From a virus (lineage: Duplodnaviria; Caudoviricetes): 27,342 nucleotides of DNA. The notes under the pieces are model-generated. The model searched no databases. It saw only the letters and a program-made list of their open reading frames with translations, and was not told the origin of the DNA. Below are positions 1 through 8,527 of the stretch, piece after piece; position 1 is the stretch's first letter; every line of letters starts with the position of its first letter. The stretch is taken from the IMG/VR virus record IMGVR_UViG_3300025803_000081, positions 1 through 27,342 of that record; one strand, given 5' to 3'. Both the position numbers and the translations under genes were made by a program.

Positions 1-1
1 G

Positions 2-211
2 ACGGAAGCAAAGAGAACACAGCAAGCAGCTAAAGAAGCTCAAGAGCTAAAAGGGACAACGCACCCTGTACTCGGTAAACCCGTAGCGACAATCCCGGCC
101 CGTGAGTTCTTTCGACTCACACAGAAGTACGGTCACGAGACCGTTCATTCTAAAGAATTTTTAAAGTACTACAATAAGAAGTTCCCCGAACTTAGCCCGA
201 ACAAAGCATAA
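2..211 (+). CDS. 3' part of a hypothetical phage protein (partial, ...GKPVATIPAREFFRLTQKYG...FPELSPNKA*)
   Basis: Open frame from base 2 to TAA 209-211, which overlaps the next ATG (TAATG coupling); translated by hand. Confidence 0.75.
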   Translation, partial: TEAKRTQQAAKEAQELKGTTHPVLGKPVATIPAREFFRLTQKYGHETVHSKEFLKYYNKKFPELSPNKA

Positions 212-1206
212 TGCAGACTAGAACTTACGGCGACTTATTTAAATTGATCCGGTCCCTTGCTGGGGTTGGATCTTTTGCTACATCCGAGCTAGATGACATT
301 GCGAATCTAATCAATCGTCGTTATTCCGAGGCGTTCAATACTAGTCCAATATGGCCGAGATATATAGTCACCTCCGAGGAGCGAAATATTTCATCCCTTG
401 TTCTTAGTGGAGTAACAGCAGGAGATACATCCGTTAATGGAAATTATATACTTGCTGGTCAATCCAGTTCTTCCGGGGATGCTGTTTTAGGTAGCAATGT
501 TTATTATCAGGCTGACACTAGCGTTACTTCTTCAACAATTACTGGTCCTTTAATATACAAAAGGGATGCAGCCACAGATGTCTGGGTTATCGCTTCTGGA
601 GGTGGTACAGCAACTATAAATGCAGACAAAACAATAACCGTCACTGGCAACGGAACAGATTATTTTACTCAAAATGATGGAGTTGATTCGGACACGCCAG
701 TTGGCATAAATATTTGGTCCGTTGTAAACTCAGTCGTTGCAACAGGGTTTCCTCAAGTTGAAGACGTTGTCTTGGTTCCTTATGTACAATTAGGTAAGGA
801 CACTATCGGTGAGTTCAATCGCATTCACCGCAAGAAGGCATTCCTAAATAACTCAGCCATTGAGTACGAGTTCTTCGTTGATGTAAATGGAGCTAATATT
901 TTAAATATTACTAACTCCACGGATAATAAAGCATTCGTTACTTACAAGCAACAGTTCTCCCCGTTTACGACATCCAGCAGTTATGCGGATTCAACCGAAC
1001 AGGTTCCTTCTGAGTTCTTTCATTACATTGCTCACGCTGCGTACGCTGACTTCCTCCGTATGGATGGGCAGACTGACAAGGCACTAGTCGAGGAGCAGAC
1101 CGCTGGGAACTACCTAGCACTTGAGCTAGAGAAGATCGACCTTCGCTCTAACAACAACACTCTCAACAAACGATTCTCAACTTACGTAAATCGGCAATCC
1201 CGATAA
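211..1206 (+). CDS. Putative head-tail adaptor / tail tubular protein A-like protein with a beta-rich internal insertion
   Basis: 331-aa ORF; helical N-terminus (LINRRYSEAF..WP) and C-terminus (VPSEFFHYIAHAAYADFL) resemble podovirus adaptors; position at start of tail module. Confidence 0.55.
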   Translation: MQTRTYGDLFKLIRSLAGVGSFATSELDDIANLINRRYSEAFNTSPIWPRYIVTSEERNISSLVLSGVTAGDTSVNGNYILAGQSSSSGDAVLGSNVYYQADTSVTSSTITGPLIYKRDAATDVWVIASGGGTATINADKTITVTGNGTDYFTQNDGVDSDTPVGINIWSVVNSVVATGFPQVEDVVLVPYVQLGKDTIGEFNRIHRKKAFLNNSAIEYEFFVDVNGANILNITNSTDNKAFVTYKQQFSPFTTSSSYADSTEQVPSEFFHYIAHAAYADFLRMDGQTDKALVEEQTAGNYLALELEKIDLRSNNNTLNKRFSTYVNRQSR

Positions 1207-1212
1207 CCCCTG

Positions 1213-1221
1213 TGATATAAT
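1213..1221 (+). promoter_or_regulatory. Extended -10 sigma70-type promoter (TG-A-TATAAT), 6 nt upstream of ATG 1228
   Basis: Perfect TGnTATAAT in the 21-bp intergenic gap. Confidence 0.6.
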
Positions 1222-1227
1222 AACATT

Positions 1228-1488
1228 ATGGCAAGTTCAAGAAATAACGCACTGGAGTTCAGCTCTGCAGGTTCAAAAATATTAAGAGGCGCAGTTTCTG
1301 CTAGTGGCAGATTTGGGGCTATACAATTCCTCTCGGATTCAACGCTTAGTGGAACATTGACCGCAACAAATGTTGATGGCACTGCTGATCTTTTGACAGT
1401 AGGCACATTTGGTGCTGGAACAATTATCTATGGCAACTTTACCACTGTGCAAATAAGCAGTGGTTGCGTAGCACTACACAAAGTTTAG
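1228..1488 (+). CDS. Small beta-rich virion-associated protein
   Basis: 86-aa ORF ending GTIIYGNFTTVQISSGCVALHK, directly upstream of the tail spike gene. Confidence 0.6.
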   Translation: MASSRNNALEFSSAGSKILRGAVSASGRFGAIQFLSDSTLSGTLTATNVDGTADLLTVGTFGAGTIIYGNFTTVQISSGCVALHKV

Positions 1489-1489
1489 T

Positions 1490-4033
1490 ATGCACACTAG
1501 TCTGGATCAGGCACTCGGTCGTCAGCCCCGCCTGAACAGGGTTGGGCAAAGCCTCTTGAACATTGCTTCCGGGGCTTCTGCTGCGTATTCACTACGTAGT
1601 CTAACTGGCGATGAGCCAAGGGCAGTCCGTATCCGTAGGGACGGGGACAACGAGGAGCGGGACTTTACTACTGCTGCACTAGGAACCGAAGCCGCTGATT
1701 GGACAAACGGCAAGCAGGAGACGGATCTTCCTGCTGACCTTGGTATTACTTCTTTTACTCAGTCTGGATTAGCGTATGGGCTGGCGAGTTACGGAATTAG
1801 TCTAGCTGGTGGAGCAAGTCTTGACGACTTCGATGGTACGTTTACTCCGAGTCCAGACGGCCTAACTTGGTCAAATGGCTCAGCCCTTGGTGTTAATTTT
1901 ACGTTCGATACTAGTCTAAATAAATGGGATTTAAATTTTAATGATGGAACCAATTTTGGAAACATCACAATATCCAGCACCACCAAGTACCCTTTCCAAG
2001 TAACGAACTGGGGTTCTGCATCGGTAGCATCAGGTGTTTCAGGTTTACAGACGAACTGGAGTGACATTGCTGTGTATCTTAGTTTTACTCCCATTTATGG
2101 AGCAACAACAACTTACCCAACAGCGGAGGCTGCATACAGTCTCCGTAAGGTACGAAGCACCTACACAGGCGATGTCGTAAAAGTTCGCAGGGAATCCGAT
2201 AACACAGAAAAAGGGTTTACTGCATCAGAGATTTCTTCAGGTGCATTGGTGGATTTTGTTAATGCTGACGGAACTCAGTTTATGAATTTTGATGGAACGG
2301 ATGACGACATTACTACTCCCGCCCTTCTCCCTGCTACTGACGATTTTACTTTAACAATTGTAGCATTTATTGAATCAAATCCTTCTTCTGCAATGGGCAT
2401 TTTTGGTAGTGCTGCTAGTGGGTCGGGAAGACATAATATACAGATAAATACTGATGGTACAGTTAAGTTTTTCTGCGAAAATCTAGGTGGTACAGCTACT
2501 ACAACATCTGCAATAATAGCGAAATCAATAAACACTATTGTGCTTACTCGTACGGGTCAGACCTTTGAAATCAGTTTAAATGGTGGTGGTGCTGCCAGTC
2601 AAACGGGGTCGTCAGTTGTCTTAACTACGGGTAATAACAATATTGGGGACCCGTACGTTGGTGATAATTTTCAAGGTGTTATAACATCCCTCTCCGTTGC
2701 ATCAACGACTTGGGATGGTACGATTGCTAATGTCCCAGCGGGTTCTACTGTTAATGGTTCGCCATCTACTAACGCACTCAATGATGGCTTTGTTACTACT
2801 TGGTACGACCAATCAGGTAATTCTAAAAATGCAACACAGACAACGGCTGCCAACCAACCATTGATTGTTGAAAGCGGTAGCTTGCATACTGATGGTGGAA
2901 AGCCAGCCCTAAAGTTTAACGGAACATCTCACCGACTTGAACTTTCCGCTAAGGCGAGAATTGAAAATACATCTATATTTTCTGCCTTCAGGAGTAACAC
3001 CAATACTCAGGATTCAGTTTTATTTCATCTAGCTGTTGATGCCAGTAATGCTGTTAGCATCGGATTGGGTGACCTTGCTACTAGGACGGAATTAGGCTCA
3101 AGGCTAAGGGTTGGGGGTTCAAACGTAGTCAGTGTAGGTGACAATACATTTACCAGCACTAGTCAATCATTACTGAGTTATATAGCTAGTAGTTCAGCAG
3201 CCAAAATGTTTGTTGATTCAACGGAAGAAACTGATACAGTAGAAGCAAGAACTTCTGGTCCAAATAATCGAATAGGTGCAAGAGGCGATGATGACAAATT
3301 TTTCAATGGGGACATTAGTGAAATTATTCTCTTTGACTCCGACCAGACCAACAACCGGTTCAAGATTGAGTCCAACATCAACAATCACTACACCATCTAT
3401 ACGGCTGCACAAAACGGCTTCGTAAATACTTGGTACGACCAGTCAGGTAATAGCAGAAATGCTGTAGCTGCTGCTGATGCGAACGAGCCGAAGATTGTGG
3501 AGAATGGGAATTATCTGGGTGAGTTGTCCTTTGATGGTTCTAATCATACTTTAAGTATAGCAACTGTTAGTACTTTGGGTATTGATGGGTCAAATAACAA
3601 GTCAGCATTTGCGGTTGCAAGAACTACCGCAGGGGTTGACGGATTTGTTATTGCTGGAACACCCGGGGGTGCTGACTTTCGGGGTTTACGCTATCGCTCA
3701 AGTGCAAGCGGTGGAGCAGCTAGAGTTGAAGTATCAGGTTTTGGGCTTCAAGGTGGGGACTTGTCGGATGGAAACAATCACGTTTATTCCTCGATTTTCG
3801 ATGGTACGCAAACTAAGGACTTTGACGTTTCTCTTGATGGGTCAATAACCCAAGGCAGCGGAACTGACGCTATTGATACCGATGGTACTGCTACCTTTTT
3901 CATTAGCAAGACTGGTGGAAATGCTGCCGCAGGATTTACACGAGAGTTCATTCTTTACGCCTCCGACCAGACCGCTAACCGAACAGCTATCGAAACCAAC
4001 ATCGCCAACGAATACGGCATAACTTTATCTTAA
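1490..4033 (+). CDS. Tail spike / receptor-binding protein with concanavalin-A/LamG-like domains
   Basis: 847 aa, G/S/T/N-rich; two AAYSLR..(I/V)RR motifs, two GFV.TWYDQSGN motifs, LamG-like segment FDGTDD...FQGVITSL, motif FNGDISEIILF. Confidence 0.75.
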   Translation: MHTSLDQALGRQPRLNRVGQSLLNIASGASAAYSLRSLTGDEPRAVRIRRDGDNEERDFTTAALGTEAADWTNGKQETDLPADLGITSFTQSGLAYGLASYGISLAGGASLDDFDGTFTPSPDGLTWSNGSALGVNFTFDTSLNKWDLNFNDGTNFGNITISSTTKYPFQVTNWGSASVASGVSGLQTNWSDIAVYLSFTPIYGATTTYPTAEAAYSLRKVRSTYTGDVVKVRRESDNTEKGFTASEISSGALVDFVNADGTQFMNFDGTDDDITTPALLPATDDFTLTIVAFIESNPSSAMGIFGSAASGSGRHNIQINTDGTVKFFCENLGGTATTTSAIIAKSINTIVLTRTGQTFEISLNGGGAASQTGSSVVLTTGNNNIGDPYVGDNFQGVITSLSVASTTWDGTIANVPAGSTVNGSPSTNALNDGFVTTWYDQSGNSKNATQTTAANQPLIVESGSLHTDGGKPALKFNGTSHRLELSAKARIENTSIFSAFRSNTNTQDSVLFHLAVDASNAVSIGLGDLATRTELGSRLRVGGSNVVSVGDNTFTSTSQSLLSYIASSSAAKMFVDSTEETDTVEARTSGPNNRIGARGDDDKFFNGDISEIILFDSDQTNNRFKIESNINNHYTIYTAAQNGFVNTWYDQSGNSRNAVAAADANEPKIVENGNYLGELSFDGSNHTLSIATVSTLGIDGSNNKSAFAVARTTAGVDGFVIAGTPGGADFRGLRYRSSASGGAARVEVSGFGLQGGDLSDGNNHVYSSIFDGTQTKDFDVSLDGSITQGSGTDAIDTDGTATFFISKTGGNAAAGFTREFILYASDQTANRTAIETNIANEYGITLS

Positions 4034-4034
4034 T

Positions 4035-4283
4035 ATGGAAGAGAAACAATATCTTATCTACGACACAGAAGCAGAAGCGATCGCTCGTGCTGACGAAAAC
4101 GGGAAACGTATCGGCTACGCCTACTGGACTGTAGGACAAGGAACCAAGTGGGCTACAGCACCACAGGTGACCGCTGACGACAAGTGGGCGTTGCGTGTGG
4201 ACTACAAGTACGAACTAACGGATGCCGAAGAAGCAGCCCTTGTTCCTTACTCCAACGTGAACTGGCCAACTGAGGAAGAATAA
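4035..4283 (+). CDS. Small acidic protein, possible tail-spike accessory/chaperone
   Basis: 82-aa ORF immediately after the spike gene; function inferred from position only. Confidence 0.6.
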   Translation: MEEKQYLIYDTEAEAIARADENGKRIGYAYWTVGQGTKWATAPQVTADDKWALRVDYKYELTDAEEAALVPYSNVNWPTEEE

Positions 4284-4438
4284 TGCAGGACGTAATCTCA
4301 CGAACTACTCTAGGTACTGGTGGCTTTTTGGCTACCGTCGGGTTACAGCAGGTCAATGCTGTCATCAGCCTGTTCGTGGGTATAGCTACGTTGACGTATA
4401 TGGTTCTCTCTATTTACAAGATTATTAAAAAACTATGA
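4283..4438 (+). CDS. Small membrane protein, holin-like (MQDVISRTTLGTGGFLATVGLQQVNAVISLFVGIATLTYMVLSIYKIIKKL)
   Basis: 51-aa ORF not in track; TAATG and ATGA overlaps with neighbours; hydrophobic helix and basic C-terminus. Confidence 0.7.
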   Translation: MQDVISRTTLGTGGFLATVGLQQVNAVISLFVGIATLTYMVLSIYKIIKKL

Positions 4439-4839
4439 CCCCAGAACTTATAGCAATGCTCGGTGGTGGAGTCTCTGGCTTCATTATGAAGTTTATGGCT
4501 CAACAAGCCCAGAACCAAGCTAGACTGTTCGAGCAGACCATCCGAAAGCAGGAGGTAGCTGACGCATCCGCTGACGCTGCCGACAAGCGTGGTGGTGCAG
4601 GTGGTGCTTGGATTCGTCGGTTCATCGTAGTCAGCACTATGTTCGCAGTAATCGCTGCACCATTCGTTCTGGCTTTTACGGACTTCGGCGTAACTATTCA
4701 GAAGGACACTAGTTTTCTCTTCGGTCTATTCAAGGGAGCGAAGTGGGAAACAGTCACGGGATATGTTATACTACCAGAAGTACGGCAGACCGCTCTGGCC
4801 ATTGTCGGATTCTACTTCGGTAGCTCACAGGTCAAATGA
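4435..4839 (+). CDS. Putative holin-like membrane protein
   Basis: 134 aa, N-terminal and two further hydrophobic segments, C-terminal IVGFYFGS motif typical of 3TM-holin-like phage proteins. Confidence 0.6.
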   Translation: MTPELIAMLGGGVSGFIMKFMAQQAQNQARLFEQTIRKQEVADASADAADKRGGAGGAWIRRFIVVSTMFAVIAAPFVLAFTDFGVTIQKDTSFLFGLFKGAKWETVTGYVILPEVRQTALAIVGFYFGSSQVK

Positions 4840-4991
4840 ATGAAGTCCTATCAATTATATCCGCTCTCTGGCCCATCTTCGTGGGCCTCATTGGTCTAGT
4901 CATTGTACTAGCCAAGATGCATTACAACATCGAAACATTAACAGAAAAGGTCAAGGTACTCTTTGACTTTCATAACAAAAAAGGAAAATAA
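4836..4991 (+). CDS. Small single-TM plus coiled-coil protein (MNEVLSIISALWPIFVGLIGLVIVLAKMHYNIETLTEKVKVLFDFHNKKGK)
   Basis: 51-aa ORF not in track; ATGA overlap with previous gene. Confidence 0.7.
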   Translation: MNEVLSIISALWPIFVGLIGLVIVLAKMHYNIETLTEKVKVLFDFHNKKGK

Positions 4992-4995
4992 TATT

Positions 4996-5100
4996 ATGCC
5001 AATGGGAAAAGGAACATACGGAAGTAAAGTCGGTCGTCCACCTAAGAAAAAAATGGGTAAAACAAAATCTTGCCCAATGGGTAAAAAGAAGAAGAAGTAA
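4996..5100 (+). CDS. Tiny basic protein (MPMGKGTYGSKVGRPPKKKMGKTKSCPMGKKKKK)
   Basis: 34-aa ORF not in track; GKGTYGSKVGRPPKK motif recognised from small phage proteins; TAATG overlap with next gene. Confidence 0.7.
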   Translation: MPMGKGTYGSKVGRPPKKKMGKTKSCPMGKKKKK

Positions 5101-5237
5101 TGCCCTTCTCTAAGTACAGTCCAGCACAGAAGCGTCTAGCTGCTGTCGCCGCTCCCCGTAAAAAAATAACATCCGCTGACCTCAAGGTCCTGCGTCAATC
5201 CAAAAAGAATGCAAAGAAAAATTCTAAACGTAGCTAA
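5100..5237 (+). CDS. Small basic protein (MPFSKYSPAQKRLAAVAAPRKKITSADLKVLRQSKKNAKKNSKRS)
   Basis: 45-aa ORF not in track; TAATG coupling. Confidence 0.7.
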   Translation: MPFSKYSPAQKRLAAVAAPRKKITSADLKVLRQSKKNAKKNSKRS

Positions 5238-5334
5238 GAAATTAGAACAGGCTTCCAAGGCTCACGCCGGGCAAGCCAAAGCCCTGAGGAAGATTCTGGA
5301 TGCCAGCAAAAAAACGAGCAAAAAGCGGGGGTAA
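5209..5334 (+). CDS. Small basic helical protein (MQRKILNVAKKLEQASKAHAGQAKALRKILDASKKTSKKRG)
   Basis: 41-aa ORF not in track; fills the gap between neighbours with short overlaps. Confidence 0.6.
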   Translation: MQRKILNVAKKLEQASKAHAGQAKALRKILDASKKTSKKRG

Positions 5335-5476
5335 GATCTGCCCGGAGGGTAAGGCTTGGGCGAGACGTACGTTCGATACGTACCCTAGTGCTTACGCAAA
5401 CCTTGCTGCTTCTAAGTACTGCAAGGACCCGAACTACGCTAAGAAATCAAAGGGCGGTAAACGAAAGGGACGCTAG
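5300..5476 (+). CDS. Small basic protein with YPSAYAN motif
   Basis: 58-aa ORF not in track (MPAKKRAKSGGKICPEGKAWARRTFDTYPSAYANLAASKYCKDPNY...); TAG overlaps next GTG. Confidence 0.75.
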   Translation: MPAKKRAKSGGKICPEGKAWARRTFDTYPSAYANLAASKYCKDPNYAKKSKGGKRKGR

Positions 5477-5721
5477 TGGCTCAACTTAAACAATGGCTCA
5501 AGGAGAACTGGGTAAGGATTGGCACTGATGGATCTATCAAAGGCCCTTGTGGAACTTCTAAGGATAAGAAAAATCCGGACAGATGCTTACCGAAACGTAA
5601 GGCACTCAGCCTTACAAAAGCTGAAAGAGCTACGACAGCAAGAAAGAAGAAAGCAGCAGGAGCCAAGGGAAAGACGGTCGTAGCAAATACACCAAAAGCA
5701 AGGGTACGAAAAAAGAAATGA
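5476..5721 (+). CDS. Small basic protein (LKQWLKENW...PCG...RCLPK; DUF5872-like)
   Basis: 81-aa ORF; motif pattern recalled from conserved phage hypotheticals; DUF label tentative. Confidence 0.7.
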   Translation: MAQLKQWLKENWVRIGTDGSIKGPCGTSKDKKNPDRCLPKRKALSLTKAERATTARKKKAAGAKGKTVVANTPKARVRKKK

Positions 5722-5954
5722 GAAAAGAACACAAGAGCAAGAAGGGTGGACTCACGGCAGCAGGCCGTGCGTATTTCAAAAGAAAGACCGGAGCTAACCT
5801 GAAGGCTCCTGTTACTGAATCAAATCCAACCGGGAAGCAGAAGGCACGTAAGAAATCTTTTTGCGCCAGAATGTCCGGTGTCAAAGGACCAATGAAGGAT
5901 TCCAAAGGAAGGCCAACACGCAAGGCACTAGCCCTGAAGCGTTGGAAGTGCTAA
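5718..5954 (+). CDS. Small basic protein (GGLTAAGR...RKKSFCARM; DUF6321-like)
   Basis: 78-aa ORF with the recognisable GGL..GR / RKSFCARM / ALKRWKC motifs. Confidence 0.75.
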   Translation: MRKEHKSKKGGLTAAGRAYFKRKTGANLKAPVTESNPTGKQKARKKSFCARMSGVKGPMKDSKGRPTRKALALKRWKC

Positions 5955-5972
5955 CAATTAAATATTAATACA

Positions 5973-6365
5973 ATGCCAAAAAGAAATAGAAAAGTCAAAA
6001 GCCTTGGAGACGTACTCAAGGATGTATTTCAAAAGGAACGTGAACGAGGCGCACGACTTCTTGAGGGTCAGCGTCAAGCAGACGCTCAACGTAAAAAAAT
6101 AAATGAAGTCATGGATGCCCCGAAGAAAGCACCCGCTCCACGTGTTCAGGTTATTGATACATCACGACCAGCATCAGAAGCTGACAAGAAGATGATCGCA
6201 AATCTAGACAAGCCAAAGAAGACTGCAACTAAGAAGACTGCACCTAAGAAGACTGCAACTAAGAAGACTCCCTCCCAGAAGAATCGTGAGCGTGGTGATC
6301 GACGTAAGGCAACACGCCGTCAGGATAAGACCCTGAAGCGTCGGTCCAGACTCGGTAAACGCTAA
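5973..6365 (+). CDS. Lys/Arg-rich protein with histone-H1-like KKTA(T/P) repeats
   Basis: 130 aa; KKTATKKTAPKKTATKKTP encoded by a 15-bp tandem repeat. Confidence 0.7.
   Translation: MPKRNRKVKSLGDVLKDVFQKERERGARLLEGQRQADAQRKKINEVMDAPKKAPAPRVQVIDTSRPASEADKKMIANLDKPKKTATKKTAPKKTATKKTPSQKNRERGDRRKATRRQDKTLKRRSRLGKR
6216..6269 (+). repeat. 15-bp tandem repeat AAGAAGACTGCA(A/C)CT, about 3.6 copies
   Basis: Directly visible; coding. Confidence 0.85.
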
Positions 6366-8527
6366 TGCCAACTTATACGACATACGGTGGACTCGATGAC
6401 CGAATCCTCAAGGACGGGGATGTCGGTTTCGTCGGCTTCAATAACCGCCTCCGTCCTGACCAGCTTCAGACCGGGTTCCTTGCTGATGCCCAGAACATTC
6501 GTCTGGACCGTAATGGCGAGGCACAGGTACGCAAGGGGACCGATCTAGTCCTTGCTCCGCTGGCTACAGCGGAAGCAGTCATTGCTCTACCGTTTACATT
6601 AATAGCCGATGATTCGAGCGTTACGGTTACCCAGACTGCCGGGGCACTTGTTATTACGAATGTTACCGCTACGAATTTTGTAACAGGGACTCAGGTAAAC
6701 CTTAGCGGAGTCACGGGCATTAGCCCGGACCCGAACGGGAATCGTGTAGCCATTAGGAACTCAGCTAGTCAGATAACAATTCAGGACCAGACTTACAGCG
6801 GAACTGCCGGAGGCACTGCTACGGTAAAGTTTAATATACTGAATGACTCAGCAGTTAATGCCATATACGGGAGTACTGGGTTTTCTGACCCAGCGGCAGC
6901 CGGGAGTCAGTACATTGTTGTTGCTGCTAACAACAAAGCTTTTGCGGTTAATCTAAGTACTCAGGCGACCACTCAACTTGATTACCCGGCAGGAGTATCT
7001 ATCAGTCAGCCCGTTGATATGATACAGGCATTTAACAAGGTGTTTATCTTCCGGGACGGGGAGACAGCCCTTGAGTGGGACGGAAACTTTAGCAATGAGT
7101 TTACACCGGTAGCAAGCGGTACATATACACAGCCAGTGCCCCTGTCTCTTACTGATATTGATTATGCTAGTGGTATAGCTACAGCTACTGCAAGTACAGC
7201 AGCAGTTGCTACTCTGCTAGTTGGGGACACTTTAACTTTTACTGATGCGGGTTCCTCTACTTATTCAGTAGGCGATACCATAACTGTCCAAACAATACCC
7301 AGCACAACTACCTTTACTTTTTCTACAGATAAAGCTGACGCTACCAACAAAAATGGAACTGTCCAAAAACGAGTGTCCGTAGGTCTAGGATTCAGCCATA
7401 TGCCAGCACCTCCGTTCGCTGTATATCATCAGCGTAGGTTAGTAATGCCATTTAAAAACAGCGTGGATTCCGGTGCTGATAGCTTTACCTCACGTGGTAT
7501 TCTTGATGAAATTATTGCTTCGGACTTATTGGATTCGGATACGTATGACCAGATATTTGGTAGCTACAGGTTCAATGCGGGTACGGCTGACTTCGTTGTT
7601 GGTCTGCATTCCTTTACTGACGATACCCTGATGGTGTTTAACCGAAACAGTATTCACCTAGTCAGTAATACAATTGATCTTAATAATTCAAGCATCCGGC
7701 TACTGACTGATGAGGTTGGTTGCTTAGCACGGAATAGCATTCAGCAGGTTGGTAATCGTGTTCTGTTCCTTTCTGACAACGGTGTTTACGGAACGGAGTT
7801 CTTGGATGAGTACAACCTCCGTGGTACACAGACTCCCTTATCTGAGCCGATCAACGAAACTATAAAACGAATCAACAAGGTACACGCCGAGAAAGCGGTC
7901 TCCGCTTATTTTGATAACAGATATTTTATAGCCGTCCCTCTTGATGATGCTACCCAGAATAACGCTGTACTGATATTTAATTTTTTAAATAACCAGTGGG
8001 AGAGTATTGACTCAGTCAATGATCCAAACTTTCACACAGCGAACCTTATTGTAGCCGGGGAGGGAAGCACTCGTGGCGTGTACTCAGTTAATGACATAGG
8101 AGGTCTGCATAGGATTGATGCTAGGGCTGACGGAACGGACCGGGTTATTACTCAGATCGGTGGTGCGCAGCAAAACCTTTTGGTCCCGGCTTCTCTGACT
8201 ACAAGACAATTTACTTACGGCACTCTTGAGCGTAAGCGGTTCAAGGAGTTCGAGATCCATGTTGAATCCAGCGATACAAATACTTCTGACTTCGATATAT
8301 CAGCGGAGGTAGAGAACCCTGACTCCACTGAGGCACTGGGTTCTCTTAATTCATTCAATGGCGGGGACTTAGCTGTGAACGAAGATGTTTCTATTCGTGG
8401 TAGAATAGGTGGACTCCGTGGATACGGTGTGCAGTACACAATCAATAATACAAGTGGAAGACCGAGGATTCGTGCTATTGAGTCATCAGCGTCCGATGCC
8501 TTCCGGTCAACTAAGAAAGCAATCTAA
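6365..8527 (+). CDS. Tail nozzle / tail tubular protein B (P22 gp10 / T7 gp12-like) with two inserted beta domains
   Basis: 720 aa; LADAQNIR near N-terminus, VGCLARNSIQQVGNRVLFLSDNGVY propeller motif, LSEPI, C-terminal RKRFK; synteny. Confidence 0.7.
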   Translation: MPTYTTYGGLDDRILKDGDVGFVGFNNRLRPDQLQTGFLADAQNIRLDRNGEAQVRKGTDLVLAPLATAEAVIALPFTLIADDSSVTVTQTAGALVITNVTATNFVTGTQVNLSGVTGISPDPNGNRVAIRNSASQITIQDQTYSGTAGGTATVKFNILNDSAVNAIYGSTGFSDPAAAGSQYIVVAANNKAFAVNLSTQATTQLDYPAGVSISQPVDMIQAFNKVFIFRDGETALEWDGNFSNEFTPVASGTYTQPVPLSLTDIDYASGIATATASTAAVATLLVGDTLTFTDAGSSTYSVGDTITVQTIPSTTTFTFSTDKADATNKNGTVQKRVSVGLGFSHMPAPPFAVYHQRRLVMPFKNSVDSGADSFTSRGILDEIIASDLLDSDTYDQIFGSYRFNAGTADFVVGLHSFTDDTLMVFNRNSIHLVSNTIDLNNSSIRLLTDEVGCLARNSIQQVGNRVLFLSDNGVYGTEFLDEYNLRGTQTPLSEPINETIKRINKVHAEKAVSAYFDNRYFIAVPLDDATQNNAVLIFNFLNNQWESIDSVNDPNFHTANLIVAGEGSTRGVYSVNDIGGLHRIDARADGTDRVITQIGGAQQNLLVPASLTTRQFTYGTLERKRFKEFEIHVESSDTNTSDFDISAEVENPDSTEALGSLNSFNGGDLAVNEDVSIRGRIGGLRGYGVQYTINNTSGRPRIRAIESSASDAFRSTKKAI

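Noticed and set aside
1490-4033. Diversity-generating retroelement target/template repeats
   Set aside because: Repeats are short conserved motifs, not ~100-bp adenine-variant copies, and no reverse transcriptase is present
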